Positions 61,278 to 64,000 of a stretch of 64,000 nt of DNA are shown here, one piece after another (within the stretch, counting starts at the first letter, position 1; every line of letters begins with the position of its first letter). Source of the DNA: Botryllus schlosseri. Lineage: Eukaryota. Location: the NCBI GenBank assembly GCA_051294905.1, contig CM119373.1, positions 19,158,001 to 19,222,000 on the forward strand, given 5' to 3'. Made by a program: the position numbers and the translations under genes. Under the pieces are notes generated by a model. The model did no database searches. It had not been told where the DNA came from and saw only the letters and a program-made list of their open reading frames with translations.

Positions 61278-61585
61278 TTGGAGGTACAGAACTTCAATAT
61301 ACGTTCGAAAATAATATTTTCGGCTGATACTCGTCAGGGGTAATCGTCAGCAACTAGTAGAGAATTCACAATAACATCGTATATCAACAATTGCATCACA
61401 AAATATGACGTCACCAGCATGAAATTTCGAATACGAGAGCGTTCAATGTAGCCTTGGATGGTGATACGATTGTTGATATACGATGTTCTCTTGAATTCTC
61501 CACTAGTTGATGCTGACGATTACCCCTGACGAGTGTCAGCCGAAAATATTCGGGTTCATTTCAATATGAATATACTATTCAATTA
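61278..61585. mobile_element. Penelope-like inverted pseudo-LTR pair
   Basis: A minus-oriented pLTR (61310-61450) is followed by a plus-oriented pLTR (61455-61585); the sequence is homologous to the 11.5, 23.5 and 24.9 kb copies. Confidence 0.75.
61522..61555 (+). ncRNA. Minimal type I hammerhead ribozyme motif, intact core
   Basis: ACCC-CTGACGA-gtgtcagcc-GAAA-ATAT-TC-GGGT; predicted cleavage after C61551. Confidence 0.7.
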
Positions 61586-62873
61586 TGGTTATGTATATCA
61601 CAGCAGAAAATGGATTTTTGCAATCATTTCGAAGTCCCCGTTCTTCAACTTTATTTTATTTTATCCACTATCCACAACAAAACATCTGTTTGTATCAGTA
61701 GGCTTTTGGCCATTTTGCAGTTAAATGAGTTTGCACAGCAGAATATTTCATCTCAGACAGCCACTCTGTTGATGTGAGTCCTGGTGCTTTACCAGTAACG
61801 AAGCGAAACTGCCTCGTGAATTTCCTAATTTAATAAAAATGCAAATTAAGTTACCAACCATTTTGTAACTTTAGAGGCTTCGCGAACCCCCGGTTGAGAA
61901 CCACTGCTGTACAGTGTACACAGCAATGGCATGGAGTAAAGTGCGTTCTAGTGCAACTACGATGTTATCGACAATTGACAAGTATTCATTATGACGCCAC
62001 ACGCTGACACGTTGCTGCATCCGATGTTACTGACGGCTGACGGACTCAAGATTACTATAGATAACTAACCTACGGGTAAATTAGTAATCTACATAGACCA
62101 GGGGTGGCCAACCGTTTCGGCTAAAGGGCCACATGAAATTGACGAACGATTGCGCTGCCCACTAGCCGCATAAAATTTTCAAAGTTAATATTATTATTAC
62201 TTGGGTATATTGCAGGTCGACTAGGCCAGTGCCCTTCAACCTTTTTCGACGTGGTACACCCTTTTAACGTTTGCTCAAAACTCGTACACCCCTGTTCATT
62301 ACGGGTCTTCAAAAATGACTTTTTTCCTCAAATCGTACTGGCTATACTTGATAAAATTGTTAGGTTACCGAACTTAAGCCTACACACCAAATTTGGTTCA
62401 ATTCCAACCAGTAGCCGCATGGCTACGGAAGAAGAAAGTTTCTATTTATAATATAAAAATAAATAACGAAAAATGTGAAATTTTTCTGTTCACCCCATGA
62501 AAGTATTAGGTTGTCTATAAAAATGATGTTCTTCAAATTTGGTTCAATTTCAACCAGTAGAAGCGGAGTTATTGCCGTCAAAAAATTTGGATTTGAATAA
62601 AATAGTATTTGGTCACAGAGTCTATTCGCAGCCAGTTAGGCCGCCCGCCACGCAAATTGGAATTCATTTCGTGTCAGCCCCAAAACAGCATGACATTACG
62701 AATGATAATCAACCAAAACGTAACAGTATTGGGGAGAGTAGGTAAAGCTACTGCTGCAGAAGCGGTAATTCAGATCAGCGATGATAGCAGGCGCACCAGC
62801 CTACTGCGTATCAGGCCTGCCCCACACCACACACCGTCGATAGTAGCACATGGGCTGCAAGAGATGTCAGTAA

Positions 62874-63256
62874 TAGGCTTACCATACGTCCTCTTTTAAG
62901 AGGATTTGTCCTCTTTTTTGACTTTTTTGAAAGTGTCCTCGGAGGACGCCCTTTTGTCCTCTTTTTTGAGATTTTGTCCTCTTTTTTGAAAATTGAGGTG
63001 AGATATAGAGGAAATTGCGAGTGATATGCCGCAAATTAGCGCAGAAGTGAAGCTCCGGCGGGTATTTCGGAGGAAAAGCGGTGATTTCAGCTCTGAGCGA
63101 AATGAAGACCTTTTTTTTTTTTTTTTTTTTTTTTTAGTCAACCGACCGCAAAGTGGGAAAAATTCACCGGTTTTTGAGAATTCTACTCCGGTTTTGTATC
63201 TTGCAAATTTCTGAAAAAGTGTCCTCTTTTTGCATTTTCAAAATATGGTAAGCCTA
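62874..63256. mobile_element. hAT-type MITE family F
   Basis: TAGGCTTACCATA...TATGGTAAGCCTA with perfect TSD GTCAGTAA. Confidence 0.9.
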
Positions 63257-64000
63257 GTCAGTAACCTCAGATCGTATGCCGCTATACACAGTCTATTGTC
63301 GCTAATTTGCATCACTAATAACAAAATACTAAATTGAAAATGTATGGCGAAATCTTGGGCATAAAATCGGCATTTTAAAACAAAGGGTTTCGATTTCAAC
63401 ATGGAAGCTGTTTCGATCCTGGCCGGCTTCGTCACTTCATTTATGTGCATTGCGGTATGTATTAACGTCTGGTAGGAAGTAGGCTACTGATTCAAGAAGT
63501 CTGAGCTATCGCGGCGGTTTCCTCAAAAAATCACTAAAAGACAAATGACTAGCTGAACACATGTTTGTCAACTGCATATACTTTCCAACACCAAACGGAA
63601 CCATTGGTCTATTGCCGACGGCTAAATGAATAGGAGAAATATTTTCTTATGACATCAGAATCAACCGGTGTACAGTATTACACTTGAGATAACATCGTAC
63701 CATATTGCTCATTTACATGTGCGTCAACCTGTACCGACCCATTAACCTGCTGTCTTTGTGATAGCTAGCCATCGGCTCATTTGAATTCGGATCTGGTACA
63801 CCCCTGTACACCCCATCCGAGTGGTACACCCTTCGCAAATTCTGGTACACCCTAGGGCAGTGGTTCCCAAACGGTGGGGAATTACCCACTGGTGGGGAAT
63901 TTCGGGATTTCTGGTGGGGAATAGACTCACTTTTGAAAAAAATCTTTACAGTAATATTCTCCTTTATTAAATGTCGTTTTGAAATGCCGACCGAATATTT

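Larger units (their letters stand above)
60764..61906. mobile_element. hAT (Charlie-like) element hosting a Penelope fragment
   Basis: CAGTGGTTCTCAACC...GGTTGAGAACCACTG with partly conserved flanks TCATACAG/CTGTACAG. Confidence 0.7.

Overview
Eukaryotic, AT-rich, transposon-dense animal DNA. Short introns, intronless housekeeping genes and unpaired splice acceptors just before start codons suggest an ascidian tunicate (inference). Seven genes are supported. Four are intronless: alpha-SNAP (+), PIG-X (-), STK19 (-) and SMNDC1/SPF30 (-). Three are multi-exon genes assembled by hand: a 6-exon BtpA/SgcQ-family TIM-barrel gene (+) containing a GC-AG intron; a 6-exon poly-Q zinc-finger gene (-); and, head-to-head with it, a 9-exon gene (+) not visible in the ORF track whose N-terminus aligns with the shelterin subunit TIN2 (TINF2). 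Introns and intergenic DNA hold many hAT-type MITEs with 8-bp target duplications, pogo-like and foldback elements, tRNA-derived SINEs, and Penelope-like retroelement fragments with GIY-YIG remnants and minimal hammerhead ribozyme motifs. Two main leads stand out. (1) Two inverted copies of a non-autonomous transposon carry 23-bp arrays of TTAGGGTTG (TRF-type telomere-protein half-sites) and bracket the putative shared promoter of the TIN2-like and zinc-finger genes. (2) The hammerhead motifs have a palindromic loop 3 and a conserved putative pseudoknot, and one intact copy lies in the sense direction of a host pre-mRNA. All protein family calls rest on recalled motifs; no database searches were run.
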